This document shows, one piece after another, positions 46,371 through 48,671 of a stretch of 48,671 nt of DNA. The stretch comes from Armatimonadota bacterium (GTDB lineage: Bacteria > Sysuimicrobiota > Sysuimicrobiia > Sysuimicrobiales > Humicultoraceae), in NCBI GenBank assembly GCA_037443365.1, contig JBBIOM010000014.1, positions 1 through 48,671 on the forward strand, written 5' to 3'. Position 1 is the stretch's first letter; each line of letters starts with the position of its first letter. A program made the translations under genes and the position numbers. The notes below the pieces were generated by a model. It was given only the letters and a program-made list of their open reading frames with translations, was not told the DNA's origin and did no database searches.

Positions 46371-47276
46371 TCAGAAGCGTGGGATCTGTAGCAGCAGGTA
46401 TCCGGCTTCCTCAGCGTACGCTGCCGCAGGATCGAGTCTGAGGTAGGTTTCCAGCGCACGACGCGCCGCAGCGAAATGCTCTTTGATGAGATCCGCGTTC
46501 CTGCTTGCACGCGCCAGCCTCAGGTGAACCACGCCAAGCCAGTAGTATGGCTCTGCCCAGTCTGGCCGAGCCGCAGTAATCATCATGAGTTCTCGCAGTG
46601 ACGCGAGCACATCCTCGCGGCGAAGCAGAACCCGAACGAGGCGCAGCCTGGCTTCGTGATCGCGCGGGTTGGCGGCGATGTGGCCCCAGTACGCAAGTAT
46701 CAGGGCTTGATCTATGAACCGAGCAAGGTCGTCTCTCTCGAAGAGCGTCGGCCTGGCCAGAAGTTCCGCCGCAGCGGCCTCCTCGAGGGTTTGTGCGGCG
46801 GAATGGTGCTCGCCCATCTCGTGCAGACACCTCCCGACGAAGTACAGGACGGTCGCCCGCTCCTCGGGGGGATAGCTCACGTTGGCCAACGCCTCTCGCC
46901 CTTCGGCCACAGTCTCCTTGCAGCGTTCCCAGTAGAACAACCCGGCGATCAGCCAAAGGCGGACACCAGGATGCCCAGGGGCCCGGCGCTTCGCGCGCTG
47001 GAGGAGATCAACCGCAGACTGGTATTCCATGATGTTCACCCAGAGGCGTCCGAGCACTAGATAAGCACTCAGCATCGCCGGGTCGGCCTCAATGGCTTTC
47101 AGGCAGTTCTCGACAGCCGCATCCACCTGTGCTTCGTCAAGCGCGGCTTCGCAGGCATCGAACAACTGCTGCGCTGTGGGCTGAACCGCCGCGCCACCCA
47201 CGGCAGCGCAAAGCAGCACTACAACCCCTGCGATGAAACCGCCTGCTCTCAAAGTTCGTCTGCCTGCTCGCGCCAT
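46371..47276 (-). CDS. exported tetratricopeptide repeat protein
   Basis: RBS GAGGGAG, signal peptide, TPR motifs (AYLVLGRL; LYFVGRCL; PYYWLGVV; YLRLDP). Confidence 0.8.
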   Translation of the reverse strand: MARAGRRTLRAGGFIAGVVVLLCAAVGGAAVQPTAQQLFDACEAALDEAQVDAAVENCLKAIEADPAMLSAYLVLGRLWVNIMEYQSAVDLLQRAKRRAPGHPGVRLWLIAGLFYWERCKETVAEGREALANVSYPPEERATVLYFVGRCLHEMGEHHSAAQTLEEAAAAELLARPTLFERDDLARFIDQALILAYWGHIAANPRDHEARLRLVRVLLRREDVLASLRELMMITAARPDWAEPYYWLGVVHLRLARASRNADLIKEHFAAARRALETYLRLDPAAAYAEEAGYLLLQIPRF

Positions 47277-47355
47277 GGTCTCCCTCAAGCAGCGGGGCCT
47301 CCTCCGAACCGGAACGATACGTTTCACCGACGGCCACCCAGCCACGGACCGCGGG

Positions 47356-48093
47356 CTACGGGCATCGCGGCGGGATCACGACGGCCCCGATCTCCATCAC
47401 CTCGCCGGACTCGGCTTCCATGTGAAGCCCCAGGTCGTACCAGTACATCTCCACCCGAGTCGCTCCGAGGAGCGATGGTACGATCCGGCGCGTATCCGGC
47501 TCACCGAAGTACTCGGGCAAGAGAAACGACGGGGTTCGAATGCCGAACTGACGCTTGATCTGATACCGGCCGATCTCTACCATCAGATCCTTGAGTGCCT
47601 CCGCGGGGAGAGGAGGCGCGTAGACGTTCACCTCGACGACTTCCTCCGACCGCCCGCAGACCTTGGCGTTGACACCTCTGCTCGGCCAGTAGAGCGCCTT
47701 CCCTTGCCCCCAGGGGGTCCGCCACGATCCAGAGGCCTCCTCGCGACCCAGCAGCGCTGTCATGCGGGCCACCGGGACGCCTACGCGGAAGTGGCTTACC
47801 CGAGATCCGCCGTGGATCTCGTAGTCCTGGGGCTGGGCCGCTGCCAGAGCAGCACCGGCGAACAGCACAGTGGCGCACGCTCCGACAGCCCGACGGATCG
47901 GCATCCTTACGTGAAACACTACTCTCCCGTCAGCATTAAGGATCTCCATCCCGGCTTCGGTCGCCAGGTAGTGGCTCGTGGCGACCGCGCCGCTGCGCCC
48001 GGACGACGGCGCCGGAGCGGCGACCAGTCGGGGGTTGAGAAGGAGGGCCAGAAGGAGAGCAGTGGCAAGAAGACCAGCCGCAAGTCGCCTCAC
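47356..48093 (-). CDS. hypothetical exported protein with in-frame N-terminal gamma-glutamyltransferase fragment
   Basis: GTG 48093 with AAGGAGG RBS; signal peptide plus GAVATSHYLATEAGMEIL (GGT N-terminus); second signal peptide from ATG 47904 (MPIRRAVGAC...). Confidence 0.55.
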   Translation of the reverse strand: MRRLAAGLLATALLLALLLNPRLVAAPAPSSGRSGAVATSHYLATEAGMEILNADGRVVFHVRMPIRRAVGACATVLFAGAALAAAQPQDYEIHGGSRVSHFRVGVPVARMTALLGREEASGSWRTPWGQGKALYWPSRGVNAKVCGRSEEVVEVNVYAPPLPAEALKDLMVEIGRYQIKRQFGIRTPSFLLPEYFGEPDTRRIVPSLLGATRVEMYWYDLGLHMEAESGEVMEIGAVVIPPRCP

Positions 48094-48129
48094 GCCAACC
48101 TCCTTCAGCGCGGGAGCCACCGCTGGGAC

Positions 48130-48671
48130 CTATGGAATCACGAGCCGCACTGTCGCGGGCCCGCCGCCGGAAACGGACACCCGCACCGGCTCGCTCACCC
48201 CTCCAGACTCACGCCACGCGCGCACCAGCACGGGACCCAGCGGGACCTTCATCTGGAACTGCCCATCGAGCGCCCTGACGGGCCGCCCCCACATCATCCA
48301 GTCCTCGTGGCGAACCGCCGATACGGCCTCGACCCATGCATCCGGAACGGACCTGTTCGCGGCATCTACGACCGACCCGGCAACAGCACCCGAGGCAGGA
48401 ACGAATCGGAAGTCGACAAAGGCGACGGTGCCTGCGCCTCCCTGCACGCGATGTGCGGCGGGCACCGGGAACCCACCGGGCCGCCAGGCGAAGGCGTGGT
48501 TCGAGCCGGCGCTGGATGCTGGCGCCAGCACCGCATAGGTCTGATCGGCGCGCGCCTGGGTCTGGGCGACGACGCGGTGACGCCCGCCGGACCAGGGCGT
48601 GTACAGGCCGACCGTTGTCATAGAATACGCTGGACCTATCCGCTCAGTGATGAGACCGGCTTCGAAGACAA
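48130..48671 (-). CDS. carboxypeptidase regulatory-like domain protein, 5' part outside window
   Basis: Frame stays open to the window edge; GAVAGSVVDAANRSVPDAWV...DGQFQM..PLGP.LVRA is a transthyretin-like/CarboxypepD_reg pattern. Confidence 0.6.
   Translation of the reverse strand, partial: VFEAGLITERIGPAYSMTTVGLYTPWSGGRHRVVAQTQARADQTYAVLAPASSAGSNHAFAWRPGGFPVPAAHRVQGGAGTVAFVDFRFVPASGAVAGSVVDAANRSVPDAWVEAVSAVRHEDWMMWGRPVRALDGQFQMKVPLGPVLVRAWRESGGVSEPVRVSVSGGGPATVRLVIP

Overview
High-GC bacterial chromosome segment; most genes are on the minus strand. Gene content points to a diderm Terrabacteria lineage, possibly Armatimonadota/CSP1-3-like; this is inference only. (1) 1-30.7 kb: one contiguous outer-membrane biogenesis cluster. 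In transcription order it holds a lysine-less biotinyl-like exported protein, SpoIVB-like S55 protease, TamB, sigma factor, membrane protein, BamA, hypothetical, three OmpH/Skp, lpxD, hypothetical, lpxC-fabZ-lpxA-lpxI-lpxB, lptC-lptA-lptB-lptF/G, ArnT-like glycosyltransferase, DUF3084, cobalamin riboswitch-btuB-tonB, yqgF and an SLH porin (OmpM-like). It has no lpxK/waaA/kds/msbA/lptD, and its LpxA is non-canonical. (2) 30.7-35.5 kb: tRNA-Gln, glmU, prs, wecA/tagO, wecB. (3) 35.5-39.4 kb: putative operon of lipB, SbnI/SerK-like serine kinase, Mec-like JAMM protease, 3-Cys Rrf2 regulator, SigR/SigH-like ECF sigma (with a matching autoregulatory promoter), ZAS anti-sigma and RidA. (4) 39.5-44.5 kb, plus strand: DtxR-family regulator, NEW3-domain ABC system, and fused remnants of antitoxin/VapC/Fic genes. 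(5) 44.5-48.7 kb: stand-alone trpB2 under a Trp T-box riboswitch, then exported hypothetical proteins including a GGT-fragment chimera. No CRISPR array, rRNA or transposase was seen.
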